A DNA stretch of 64,000 nt, taken from Caecitellus pseudoparvulus (Eukaryota; Protista; Bigyra: Bicosoecida). The position numbers and the translations under genes are program-made. Positions within the stretch are counted from its first letter, which is position 1; the number at the start of each line of letters is the position of its first letter. Where the stretch lies: the NCBI GenBank assembly GCA_965644315.1, contig CBFFRQ010000031.1, positions 186,001 through 250,000 on the forward strand. The letters run 5' to 3'. Positions 12,311 through 23,420 of the stretch are shown one piece after another. The notes beneath the pieces are model-generated. The model was not told the DNA's origin. It searched no databases and was given only the letters and a program-made list of their open reading frames with translations.

Positions 12311-14177
12311 ATGAGTCAAGAAGCGTGCGTCAGCGACCAGCGAGCCAAGCTGCAGGCACCGCCCCATTGCTAGCAGCCTTGCCTCTGCCCCCACCCCGCA
12401 GGGCCCCCGCAGTGCTGCTGACAGCGCCCGACGCCGAGAGACTGGTGGAGGGGCTGACCAGCATGCCGCTTGGCGAAGTTGGCACGCGGGCTTGGCTGCA
12501 GCAGCACAAGCACCTGCAGCAGCTCAACATCCAGGCGCACTCCAACGCCCAGCGCAACGCCGACCCTTTCGTGATGGAAGCCGTCCTGACCTTCAACAAG
12601 CTCCCCGTGCTGCTGCATGAGCTGCTCGTCGCCGAGGCCTGGGCGTGGCGAGTGCTGCCGCTTGTAAAGGACCGCATCGCTGCACGGAACTCAATGCGTG
12701 CCTACTTTGCCGTACGTGAATGCTGCCCCCCCCCATCGAGGGGCTTCCCGGGGCGCCCCCCCAACGCAGTGTCCCTGGCTGCTAGCGGGAGGAGTGGCCC
12801 ACAGCCGCGTTTCTCACCTGAAACGCCACGGACTTTTTCACAGACATACCAAGAAGGCGTCATCATCAACATGCTGGAAGTGTTCATGTACCACGACTAC
12901 GCTGCAGAGGCTCTGGGGGATGGCGTCGTGGACCTGATTGACTTCTGCATGCGCAAGGTGTCGCACCTCATTCGCATGTAAGTGCTGCTGCCTCCAACGG
13001 CACTGGTGCCGCAGACACCCACGTCGCCATCGCTGCGCCACTGCCCAGAGCCATGCGAGGCGGCATTTCAGAGGAAGACTTCCAGGACCAAGTGCATGGG
13101 GGTAACGTGGGCGCCGCTGCCGCAGCAGCAGCGTCAGGGAAAGCCAGCTCAGAGGCGAGGGCTGCTGAGCGTGCTGAGGCGGTGGCCAAGGCCACGGCAG
13201 CAGCCACTGCGGCACTGGCAGCAGAGGGCGACGGGCCGGAGGCAGCCCTGCGCAGCCTGGAGCGGCAGACGCGGAAGATGGCCTTCGGCGTCGGCACGGC
13301 CGCCCTCGGTGTCCTGCGCTACCTGTGCGAGCACGTGGCCAAGCTGCCGCTGTCTGCCGCCAGCCGCCTGCTCGACACACACGACGTGCCCCTGGCCATG
13401 GTGCCCCTCATCGAAAACCCGCCCTGGACCAGGCGTAGCAAGGCAGGAAAGTGGTTCAAGCACCAGAACCACGCCTGGAAGGAGGTGCCGCCCGCCGACC
13501 TGCTCAAGCTGACGCCGCTGGAGGGGCAGCCCTGGCTGGCCGTGTACAACCTCCTCTGCGACAAGGGGTGCCGTGGCAAGTACGCCATGCACAGCTACCG
13601 CCGGGGCGCCATCATGCGCATCCGCAAGTACATGCACGATGTGCTGCTGGACCAGCTGCCTGTCCTGGCAGCTCTGCAGCGGTACCTGGATGAGCTGCAG
13701 GTGTCTGACGCCAGCGGTGCGTCAGCGCCGGGGGCAGGGCAGGCAGGCAGCGACGTCCCCTCCATGTTCGTGCTGGAGGTGCAGCCTGACATCCACGACA
13801 CGGTCGTGCGCACAGCGCTGGCGCTTGGCGCCAAGCATGTGGACGCAGCAGCGGCGGCTGGCATCGCGCCAGCCGGCCCAGCGCCAGGCGAGGACGGCCA
13901 GCCCACAGAGGAGGCCAAGCAGTGGGCAGGCGTCGCACAGGCGGTGCTGAGCAATGGCTTTGCCAAGCCTGATGCGGGGGACACGTCGCTCGTCGCCATT
14001 GCTGACGTGTACTCTTCGGACCTGTTTGAGGAGGTGGTGCACACACAGGCGGAGGCCGTCCTGGAGGAGGATGCTGAGGACAGTGACTCAGACAGCGGAG
14101 TGGACAGCGACGACGAAGAGCTGCCCATGTCAAGCCAAGCCGGTGGCGCCGCGCCGCTGGTTCAGGTGCTGGACTAG
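12311..14177 (+). CDS. ZMYND10: ZMYND10/BLU (DNAAF7) axonemal dynein assembly factor, apparently without a MYND finger; 4 exons
   Basis: LQQLNIQAH...KLPVLLHELLVAEAW, YQEGVIINMLEVFMYH, VDLIDFCMRK, RLLDTHDVP, LIENPPW, EGQPWLAVYNLL, LLDQLPVL. Introns start at GTGCGT, GTACGT and GTAAGT donors and restore the frame. Confidence 0.9.
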
Positions 14178-14445
14178 ACAGGCAGGCAGCGAATGCACCA
14201 CACGCCTTGGCCGCTTGCGCCACTGCCACGCACTCACCGCCAGCGAACGCCACAGAACAGCAGAAGAAAACGTTGACCAAATGACGACACGCGCCGCATC
14301 ACCAAAGACTTGCCATGCTTCTGCCCCCCCCTCCTGCCCTTGCTCTGCTTGATAGAAGTCGTGGACAGGGCATCTGGGCTGGCGAGGCGAACGCGAGAAG
14401 CTTGGCGGCAGCTGTGGCGGGGCAGGGTGCTGGCCCAGGGCAGCC

Positions 14446-16323
14446 ATGGAAATCGACCAAGAAACTATAGTTGCATGGAGTGCAGCTGGTGCTGCTGCGG
14501 TGCTTTTTGGCATGACTGGCTTCGGGGATGCCATGTAGGGACTGCGTGCCTTCGGCGGCAAGCTCGGAAGAATTTTTTCAGACCACCACGCCGGCTCCGC
14601 TCTTTCCGCAGTATTTTCCTCTCAGCCGTGTCCCTCTTCTCGCCGTCAACAAACGTCACGACTGTTGTGGCCTTGACAAGCATCCTCACGACAGCCGATA
14701 ATGCCTTCGGCTTTCTGGTCGCCTTGAAGGACTTGACGCCTACTAATGCCCGCAGGCTGCTGGCTCTCTGTGTGACAGGGTGAGGAGTTCATCCCGGCGC
14801 CATGGGCTCGCACCCGTCGCACTTCCTGCCCCCCGACTCACAGGCTAGCCTGTGTGCCCCTAGGCATCCTCGCCTTGCAGACGTTGCCAGTGGCAGTCAT
14901 CGAGATGACCGTCGGGGCAGGCCTGGCCCTGTTTGCCTTCTGGCGCCTGAGCGCACTGGGGTCGGGGCTGTGGCAGGCGCCGTGCAGGCACCTGGCCAGG
15001 CAAGGCTCGAATGGCAGGGGGCTCCTTGGTTGTGCCAGCGCTTGTGCGCGCGCACTGGGCTTCGGGGGCGCGCAGGCAGCACCCCGCTCCACGGCGGGCT
15101 CCGACACGGACCTGCCTCGCTCGGGCAGCGTTGCCAACTTTGGCCGAGTGGCGTACGGCATGGAGGCAGCCCGCTCCACGCCTGCAAGCACTCCCTTGGA
15201 TGCCTGGCAGGCGGTCCAGGGCACGAGCATGGAGCTGCCCGCTCTTGAACTGCCGCCGCCGACGCTGGACACCGCAGTGGACCCACCTCCCCCTGCCTCC
15301 GAGCCACGCTCTGGAGACTCGCCGGTCGGGGAGCCAGATGGAGCGACACCGCGGCATCGAGGCACGGCACTGGCTGGCGACGTGGAGCAGGGAGCGCCGA
15401 CAGGGCAGCCGGCGGCGGCCGGGGCAGCAACTCTGGCCAACTCCCCGTGGCAGGAGGCGCCGACGATGGACACGGGAGGGGATAAGGCCCCCTCTGGCAT
15501 TTCTTGGATGTGCTGCAGTGTCACCTTGTGCGGGCACGAGATCCAGGTGTGCGGGGTGCCCATCTGGGACGCCAAGTCTGCCTGCGCCGCCTTCCAAGCC
15601 CTGACCTTCGACGCCACTGCGCGGTGGGAAGCGCTGGTGCTGCTGCTGGCAGGCATCGCGGCAGGGCTGGGCGGTGGCAGCATCGGCATCAACGGTCCCC
15701 CCATTGTGGTGGCCTTTACCATCCTCCGCGACCGCCTCAGCAAGGATGACATGCGTGCAATCTCAGTGTCGTACTTCTTAATCGAGCTGGTCACGGTGCG
15801 GCTGCCCCTGCTCATCAGCAGTGGTCTGCTGAACCTGCCGATTGTCACGTGCCTGGGCATTGCAGGGGCTGCGCTGTGCGGCCTGGCCCTCGGCTCGTCC
15901 CTGCGTTCGTTTGTGGACACTGACTCCATTATCCTGGTCCTTGTCGTGCTCGTTCACGTGTCCGCCTGGCTCATGCTCGTCGGCACTGCAGGGAGCGCTG
16001 TCGGGCTGCCCCTTGCACTGACCGTGTCCGCCATCCTGGGAGGCTTCCTCGGCTCTGGCTTGCTGGCCAGGTGGTGGGGGTCGACCCGGGACACTGGTCT
16101 TCACGGGGGCGCCGGCGAGAAAGCTCAGTCTGCGGGCCACCAAGCGCCGACAGCCAGCGGAGAGCACCAGCAACAAGCGGATGCCACCCAAGTGCCCACT
16201 TCCCTCACTGTGGAGGAAGGCAGCGCTCAAGGCACTGGTGTGGCTGTGCAGGAGCCACCCTCCGGTTGGCTCCCTGCTGAGCCGCAGCTGGGCCGTGCTC
16301 AATCTGCGCCAGCCCGAACATAA
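14446..16323 (+). CDS. TauE/SafE (DUF81) sulfite-exporter-family membrane protein with a long cytosolic insert; 3 exons
   Basis: Exon 1 MEIDQETIVAWSAAGAAAVLFGMTGFGDAI|IFL carries the first G-x-x-G-F-G repeat. The second repeat is AGIAAGLGGGSIGINGPPIVV, with multiple TMs. Confidence 0.75.
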
Positions 16324-16431
16324 TACACACCATACGGAACAACAGCCTCATGCGCTTGTGCTGTGCCCCCACGCCCGGCGAACCTGAGCCTCGCCTGCCC
16401 AGCTTCCGCGCCTTCAGCACGGTTGGTGGGC

Positions 16432-17563
16432 ATGGCCAGCTTGGCAGCTGTGCCGAGGCTGGGCAAGCGCTTTGTGCAAAGCCTTCTGCAGGTCGGCCGA
16501 GCTTGCAGGCGTGTGCAGCTGGACCTGAGGAGGAAAAGCAGCCCGTGGGTTCGTTTCAAGTGGCATCGTGCGGGGCAACGCACCCTCAGCACACACAGTG
16601 AGCGGCAACATGATGCGGAAAATGAGGTGAGTTCGGAGCTCCCCCAACACCTTGCGCCTCCATCCCCGCCAACACGCTGCAGGGCTCACGACACCCACCC
16701 AGCCCCTCCCACAGAAGCCGCTGGGAGCCCATGAGGTCAGCCCTTGGAACATTCCCAACGCCATGACCGTAACACGCATAGTGCTGGCGCCTGCTGCTTG
16801 CTGGCTGCTGTTGGCCGGTGATGCGCCCACGGCCTGCATTACCTTCATGACCGCTGGCGCACTGGACTTCTTTGATGGTTGGTTGGCCCGGAGATGGAAC
16901 CAAGAGGTGCGTGCTGCCCCGCTGGACCCCTCGCTGCCGCTGCTGTACGGGTCACTAGAATGGCCCCTGCCGCCGACGCAGACTGCCATTGGCTCTTACC
17001 TGGACCCCCTTGCCGATAAGCTACTCGTTGGCAGCGCCTTCATCACCTGTGGGTACACAGGCCTGTTGCCGTGGTGGGCAGTGACGATCGGGCTCTGCCG
17101 AGATGTGGGCTTGCTCTCTGCCGGCATGTACCTGCGAGCTGCCACGAAGCCAGCACACGTCGGCTTCTTTGACTTCAGCCACCCAACGAGCCTTCCCATG
17201 GAGCCCACGCTCCTGTCCAAGGGCAACACTGTGCTGCAGATCTCTGCTGTGGCAGCTGCCCTGTGCACAGGCGCGTGGGGATTCCCAGGCACCGACGCAG
17301 TCATGGTGCTGTCCACGGCCATGACTGCCACCAGCGTCGTGTCAGGGCTGCAGTACTACCAGACATGGGGAAGTGTGGACAACGTGCGCCGCCAGACTGA
17401 CCTCCACCTGCAGAAGCTGGAGCGCGAGGCGCAGGCGGGAGCAGAGGAGCTGGGGGCTGACGAAGCTGCAAACCCAGCCAGAGCGCCGCCTGCTGGGACA
17501 GCAGGGCCCCACGTCCCACACAACCGAAGTGTCGGATCAACCGGCGCAATTGATAGGGCTTGA
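16432..17563 (+). CDS. CRLS1: Cardiolipin synthase (CDP-alcohol phosphatidyltransferase), 3 exons
   Basis: WNIPNAMTVTRI, ALDFFDGWLARRWNQE|TAIGSYLDPLADKLLV (CDP-alcohol motif), EPTLLSKGNTVLQI, and an Arg-rich mitochondrial-type presequence. Confidence 0.85.
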
Positions 17564-17717
17564 GTTTGAATGTATATGCGCGCGCAACCCAGCCAGCTGC
17601 ATGTCGGCAAGGGCCGGGAGGTGCAGGCAAGCCGTGCGGAAGTTGGACGCAACGCCAGGCAGACCTGGTGCCCCGCAGCGAGGCTTGCTGGCGCACTGCC
17701 TTGTAGCCTAGAGCGCC

Positions 17718-20700
17718 ATGAACAGCCGTGCGACCACCCTTCCAACTGATCGGTTGGTGGAGTGTTTTGCTGTGCTTGGACTGGGCGAGAAGCCGGCCGC
17801 TGCGCCCGACTTCCTGCCGCCCGCAACAGACATCTCCTGCGGCACGCAGCCTGAGGTGGGGACGAAGGAGGCCCTCTGGCAGCAGGTGTGTGCGACGCCC
17901 CTTCAGCCGGAAGTGCTGGACAAGTACCCTTTCTTTGACTATGAAGACGGGAACACAGCAGAGCTGGAGGGCCTCATTCCCTGCGCTTTCCCCCTCGGCT
18001 GCAAACTGGCTGGCGCTGGCGGTAGCGCGCAGGATCCCCTGCAGTGCATGCCGACCTTCTTCTCCTTCCGAGCCAACACCATGGACATCTACGGCCACGT
18101 GTTTGTGTTCTGGGAGGATGTTCCGAAGGCCCTGGCAGAGCACGTCGTCGGGCTGGTGCGGGCCAAGGATGGTGGACAGGCGCAGCCAGGCGGAGGGGAG
18201 GTGGAGGAGGAGGGCCCGCCCCCTGAAGCGGACACGACGCCACCGGCCGGTGTCCAGGCCCCCAAAGCTTTCATGCTGCTGTCACGGTGGAACTTCCCCG
18301 CCTTCAAGCGCGTCCTGCGGGAGCTGTACCGCCTCAGCCTGTCACCCCAGCCCGTGCCCATGGAAGCCCTCATCACAAACCTCTGCTGCGAGGTGGTGCT
18401 GCCGCCCTGTGGCATGGTGGACGTCGCCTACGTCATTGGCAGCGAGGAGGTCACCTTCAGCCGGCCCCCAGTAAACCAGCGCATCTCACCCGATGGCCTG
18501 CACTTGTGGCAGGTCGCTGAAGTCCTGCCCTCCACCACCTGGGCCACAGCCGTGCAGGCCATGCTCCTGGAACGCCCCATCATCCTGGAGTCGGCATCTC
18601 TGAACCTGCTCATGTGGGCTGCAGAAGCCCTGGTCGCCTGCATGTACCCCTTCAAGTGGCCAGCTGAGTACATGCCTGTGATGCCTGCCGGGGCGCTGGC
18701 GTACCTGCAAGCGCCCTTCCCGTACCTGGCTGGGGTGCACGCGTCGTTGTGGCCTGGCGTGGACGAGGAAAGCCTGCCCATAGGTGTCGTCGTGGTGCAC
18801 TTGGACAGCGGCGCCATCGACGTCGCTGAAGATGCCCCCCTGCCCCCCCTCCCGGCGCACCATGGAGCCAAGCTGCTGCGGGAGCTGCAGAGCACTGTGG
18901 ACGTGATCCGAGCTGCTCGCCGCCCCAGCTGGAGCACAGAGGTGTTGCCGGTGTACGACGCAGCCTTTGCCATGGTGCCCCCCCGAGATGTTGAGGGGGA
19001 TGAGGAGGCAGCTGCTGTGTCTGCCGCGGCATCCGTGCGGGAGGAACACATCCGCACCGCATTCTTTAAGTTTCATGTGGCGTTGCTCATGGAGTACCGG
19101 CGCTTCATGCCGCCAGATGATGGCTCCTCCACTCCACGAGGCGCTGCTGAGTCGTTCGACCGCGATGGCTTCCTGCACAGTCTGCCGTCCGACTGCCAGC
19201 CCTTCATGCAAGCTCTCCTGCGCAGTCAAGCCTGGAGCGTCTTCGAACAGAACCGCGCCCACCCTGACCGCACTGCCGCTGTGGACAGCTGCTTCCTGGA
19301 CGAGTCCATTGCCGCCAAGGCCAACAGGTACACGCTGGCGAAGTGGCGGGGCATGCAGCGCGACACACCCTTCCTGGATGCCACGCACTTTGCGGTGCAG
19401 CGGTCCGTGGGTGCCATGCGCCCAGACGCCTCGGGGGTGGCCAAAGGCACCACCCTCTCATACGCGCCCTTTCCCCTCCTGAACCCGCACGCATTCCCAG
19501 CCCCTCGGCAGGTAAACTCGCTGAGTGACGATGTCGTGGGGCTGACGGCGGCGCTGGACGCTTTCGTCTCCAAGAGCGCCGCCGCCAACTGCCTGAACGA
19601 CGCCATCATGCACCTGGCAGAGGAATCACGCGCAGTCATCCACAACCAGTTGGAGACGACCCTGCGGCGCATGGGAGTGGACAGTGGGTCTCCTGAAGTG
19701 TCCCGTCGCGCCACCGTGTCCGGGAAGCCCGATGCGCGTGCAGGTGGCAGCAAGTCTTCCAGCAAGCGCAGGACGTCTGTGTGGGCTGCCATGGGGTCCA
19801 TGTTCGGCAACAAGCCTGCCGCGGCACCTGACACAGCAGCTGCCAACACGAGCTTGCACGGTGTGAGATCAGCGGGCATGTTGCGCCCAGTGCGGGGGCG
19901 GACAGCGAGTTCCGGGCAGCAAGATGCCCGCAGCGTGGGCTTGGCTATTTCAGCTGCACGAGGCCACGTGAACTTGGAGATGAAACAAGTGGTTGATGCG
20001 CTCGACTCGACGGTGTACACCGTGTGGTTCGTCACCTATGCCGCGGCCGTGCGGGCTGGCGTTGGCGCCGGCTTGGCGAGGGCGCTGACAGGCAGCGAAG
20101 CCGGCGTCCAGGCGCCGGCCGACGCACCATCGGCGTCCTCCACGCCAGGGGCGCCTGCGCCAATTTCGACACCCACTGGCACGGATGCCGTGGCTGCCGC
20201 GCGGGCAGATGCTGCTGCAACCTTGCATATCGCGTTGAAAGTGCTGGCGAGCGTCGTCGCCAAGAAGGCGGCATCCAAGCACTTCCCCGTGGATCCCATC
20301 GTGTACAAGTCGGCCCTTGACATTGCTGGGCGGTGCGGCAGTCTTCAGCAGGCCCTGGGCATCGTGGACCACATGACCAAGGCCGGCTTGGCCGTCACGG
20401 ACGTTGAGCGAGCTGCCGTGCGCAGGGCAGCCGACCTGGACCCTCACGCTGCCTCTGCCGTCGCCACTGCGACCGTGCAGCCCCTCGTCGGAGACATCCT
20501 CATCGCAGTCAAGACCAAGTCCATGGGCATCGCTCCCTTGCCCATGAGCCCAGGCGCATCTGCCCCGCACCAGCCAGCCCCTGCCACAGCGGCAGCCGGG
20601 GCACCGGCGCCTGCCCCTGCGTTCGTCGGGGCTGAGCTCGTGACAGCTGAAGGGGCTGCCGCAATCTCGACTGCGGTGCACTCGCCGTATGGCTTGCTGG

Positions 20701-21623
20701 CCCTGGCATTCCCTGACCTCAGCATCTTGACCGACGAGGACACGTGCCCCCAGGGACACCCGCTGACATACTCAGTCATTGCCACGGGCTGGCAGGCGGA
20801 CAGGAACCAGTACACGACCGTGTGCAGCCGGTGTATCAGTGAAGCGTGGGATGCTCTCATCCGCGACCCGGCCTCGGTCACCGTGCCTCAGCGCTTCGTG
20901 CCGCACATGGCAGTGTCCTGCTCTGCCCCCTGGTGGCAGGAGCACCGGGTCTCCTCCCAGAGTGCCAGTGGGGCCCGTGCTGCCTCAGCTACAGACGCCC
21001 ACGATGATGTGTACTGGTGCTACCTGCTGCCGCCTTGGGCATTGTTGAAGGAGGTACTGGCAGTTCTGCAGCCTGGCAAGGTTGTCGCTGGTTCTGCGGG
21101 GCCACACCCTTTCATCCAGCTCCGACAGAAGAAGCCCATGCTGTACTGGAACATGGTGCAGCTGTTCAATCACTACAACTTGCCCTGCGATTTCCTGGTG
21201 GCGGCCTCTGCCTGCGACCGCGACGGCGTCGGGCTACCTGCCGCCGAACCTGCACCGGCTGCTACGCCCACTCGGCAGTCCAGTGTCACAGTGCCAAAGC
21301 CGACAGCATCTCCAGAGGCCGATCCTGTCGCAGTGGATGCTGCAGCGGGCGTCAAGGCACCACCCGGGCCGCCGCAAGGAGACAGGCGTGCTCCTCCGCC
21401 AGCCCCCAGTGCCCCTGCAGTCTCCATGGATCGCGTGCAAAGTCTGCTTGGGGCAGGGCAGGGTGCATCGGCAGCGTCGAGAAGGATGAGTGGGCTGCAT
21501 TTGCCAAGCCAGCAGCGGCTCACGAGCTTGAAGGACCCTGTGGCCGTGTTCACGTCCCCCACCGCTCGCCGCCTCGTGATGTCTTCACAAGTCACAGGGA
21601 CAGGTCCAGCGCCGACTGGGTGA
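17718..21623 (+). CDS. DENN-domain Rab GEF, DENND4/CRAG-like (uDENN-DENN-dDENN, helical repeat, Cys-containing C-terminal region)
   Basis: 1301-aa ORF with LVECFAVLG, AFPLG, YGHVFVFWE, LLSRW, MYPFKW...YMPVMP, LQAPFPYLAGV, IRTAFFKF, FLDESI. C-terminal Y-x-x-I-x-x-GW...YTTVC-x-x-C...FVP...LLKE...LYWNMVQLF...LP as in DENND4. Confidence 0.85.
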   Translation: MNSRATTLPTDRLVECFAVLGLGEKPAAAPDFLPPATDISCGTQPEVGTKEALWQQVCATPLQPEVLDKYPFFDYEDGNTAELEGLIPCAFPLGCKLAGAGGSAQDPLQCMPTFFSFRANTMDIYGHVFVFWEDVPKALAEHVVGLVRAKDGGQAQPGGGEVEEEGPPPEADTTPPAGVQAPKAFMLLSRWNFPAFKRVLRELYRLSLSPQPVPMEALITNLCCEVVLPPCGMVDVAYVIGSEEVTFSRPPVNQRISPDGLHLWQVAEVLPSTTWATAVQAMLLERPIILESASLNLLMWAAEALVACMYPFKWPAEYMPVMPAGALAYLQAPFPYLAGVHASLWPGVDEESLPIGVVVVHLDSGAIDVAEDAPLPPLPAHHGAKLLRELQSTVDVIRAARRPSWSTEVLPVYDAAFAMVPPRDVEGDEEAAAVSAAASVREEHIRTAFFKFHVALLMEYRRFMPPDDGSSTPRGAAESFDRDGFLHSLPSDCQPFMQALLRSQAWSVFEQNRAHPDRTAAVDSCFLDESIAAKANRYTLAKWRGMQRDTPFLDATHFAVQRSVGAMRPDASGVAKGTTLSYAPFPLLNPHAFPAPRQVNSLSDDVVGLTAALDAFVSKSAAANCLNDAIMHLAEESRAVIHNQLETTLRRMGVDSGSPEVSRRATVSGKPDARAGGSKSSSKRRTSVWAAMGSMFGNKPAAAPDTAAANTSLHGVRSAGMLRPVRGRTASSGQQDARSVGLAISAARGHVNLEMKQVVDALDSTVYTVWFVTYAAAVRAGVGAGLARALTGSEAGVQAPADAPSASSTPGAPAPISTPTGTDAVAAARADAAATLHIALKVLASVVAKKAASKHFPVDPIVYKSALDIAGRCGSLQQALGIVDHMTKAGLAVTDVERAAVRRAADLDPHAASAVATATVQPLVGDILIAVKTKSMGIAPLPMSPGASAPHQPAPATAAAGAPAPAPAFVGAELVTAEGAAAISTAVHSPYGLLALAFPDLSILTDEDTCPQGHPLTYSVIATGWQADRNQYTTVCSRCISEAWDALIRDPASVTVPQRFVPHMAVSCSAPWWQEHRVSSQSASGARAASATDAHDDVYWCYLLPPWALLKEVLAVLQPGKVVAGSAGPHPFIQLRQKKPMLYWNMVQLFNHYNLPCDFLVAASACDRDGVGLPAAEPAPAATPTRQSSVTVPKPTASPEADPVAVDAAAGVKAPPGPPQGDRRAPPPAPSAPAVSMDRVQSLLGAGQGASAASRRMSGLHLPSQQRLTSLKDPVAVFTSPTARRLVMSSQVTGTGPAPTG

Positions 21624-21637
21624 AGGACGGCAGTCGC

Positions 21638-22982
21638 TTAGTTTGCCTGCCTGCTCAGCTGCTGCCGGACTTTCTGGGGGGCGCCCGAGACGAGCTGTTG
21701 CTTGTTGGCTGGAATTGGGGCAAGAGGCGCCGCCCTCTCAGTAAGCCGCGACATGGAGGAGGGGACCATGCTGTCCCCCTCTTTCTGGACGACACTGGCA
21801 TCGTCGAGGGCTATGTGGGCTTGCATCCAGGCGCTGTGAGCAGGTGTACCGCACTGCAGGACCAAGGCGCCTTCTGGCCAGTCCCACGTGGACTGCCCAG
21901 TGCTGCACTGGACGTAGTACGGGGCCTGCCACTGGTCATCCCACTCCTCCACCCAGGTGGTCTGAGGATCCCACCCTTCGAATGCGGAGGCTTGCCATTC
22001 CTCCTCCCCAGTGGCTGAGTGCATGCGGAAAGGCAGCTGCAAGTCGTGATCCCACACCTGCACCCACTCGCCCTCGCTGCTGCGCATGGGCAGTGCCCAC
22101 CACGCCTCGTCACATGTGCAGAAATAGTACGCCGCATTGCCCTCATCCCACACCCGTGTGTATGTGGTTTCTTCCGGCGCTGAACGTGGTGGGCTCAGCG
22201 CTGCGGTGAGGTGGTCAGGGGAGACAGGTGGGTGAGAACGCTCAGGCGAGGGGCAGGCCATGCCTGGCAGTGGCGGAAACTGGGAAACTTGTTTCTCAGC
22301 TGTGCCTTGTGGGCTTCTGCGGAGGTCGAACGCGGCAGCCTCGCCACCAGAGTCCAGGGCAGTGCCCTTTGCTGTGCACAGTGCCCCGAGCCACTCAGCT
22401 GCTTCTGCCGCATTTGCACATTGCAGAGTCAGGCGCCGTGTGGCCAGGATGACTGTCAACGCGCTCAGTGGTGGGAGACCAGGGAGGCTTGCCAGGGAAA
22501 GCGTCTGGATTTGCTCCACTCGAAGCCTGGCAAGGTGGCGAGGCAAGCGAGTGCTCTTCGCTGCAGCCGCTTGGCGCCGTCAATGCACTCACCAGCCGGC
22601 AGGTCGGTCATCTGTCTGTTTGCGAAAGTACAGGAAGAGTCCATCACGCAGGGAAAAGAATCTCTTGTTGAACTTGAGCTTCCCAGGAAGCCATGCTCTG
22701 CACGTTGGCGGCAGAGCGAAACGCAGGCGTTTCAAGTGCTCCCCACGCTGAGCATGACGACCGCACGCACCCTCCTGAGGACTTCAACTTTCGAAGATAC
22801 CCTGACTTTTGCGGGTGCTCGCCCCTGGTGCGTGCCGGCTTGTGGGTTGGTGACTTCATTTGCCATTGCGCCAGGGATATCTTCGGGGATAGTTTGGGCG
22901 GGGTCAACGGCTGCTGCTGTGACACCACAGGGTCGCCGTGGGAAGCAGCCTCCCCGGCAGGCAGCTCATCCGCCGATGCCAT
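21638..22982 (-). CDS. PH domain plus WW-repeat protein (multi-exon)
   Basis: KSGYLRKLK in exon 1, KFNKRFFSLRDGLFLYFRK in another frame, RRLTLQCANAAEAAEWLGAL (PH C-terminal helix). Three WW-like units, e.g. WVEEWDDQWQAPYYVQCSTGQSTWDWP. Internal exon boundaries are approximate. Confidence 0.7.
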
Positions 22983-23420
22983 GTTCGTTGAGTGCGCACT
23001 TCACCTGAAGGCGCGGCATTGAGGCTCGAAGTTGGGACACTCTCGTCGCAATTTTGTGACTTGACAACCAAGGCACACGGCGCTTGAGCTCAGCTCAGCC
23101 GCCGCTGAGAGGCACGAGCATAGTCCACAGAAACAATCCCCCTTTCACCTGTGTGCTGTGAAACCGCTCCATCGCAAATACACGGCTGCATGCTGAGGGC
23201 CACGACGCTGGGTATTGCAAGACCAGCGGGCCAGCGATCGCCCAGCCGGACTGGCTGCAGAATGCACGATTGTCCAAAACAAACTCAGCCCACCCCAGAG
23301 CCCGCACGATAGAATCACCCTAAGGCGGCCCCTGCTTGCCCTTGGCCGCGGTAACAGCCCTCACGGGCACGGCGTGGCACACCCGCAGCATTGCAGTGAA
23401 AGTTCCGCACAGCACAAGAC

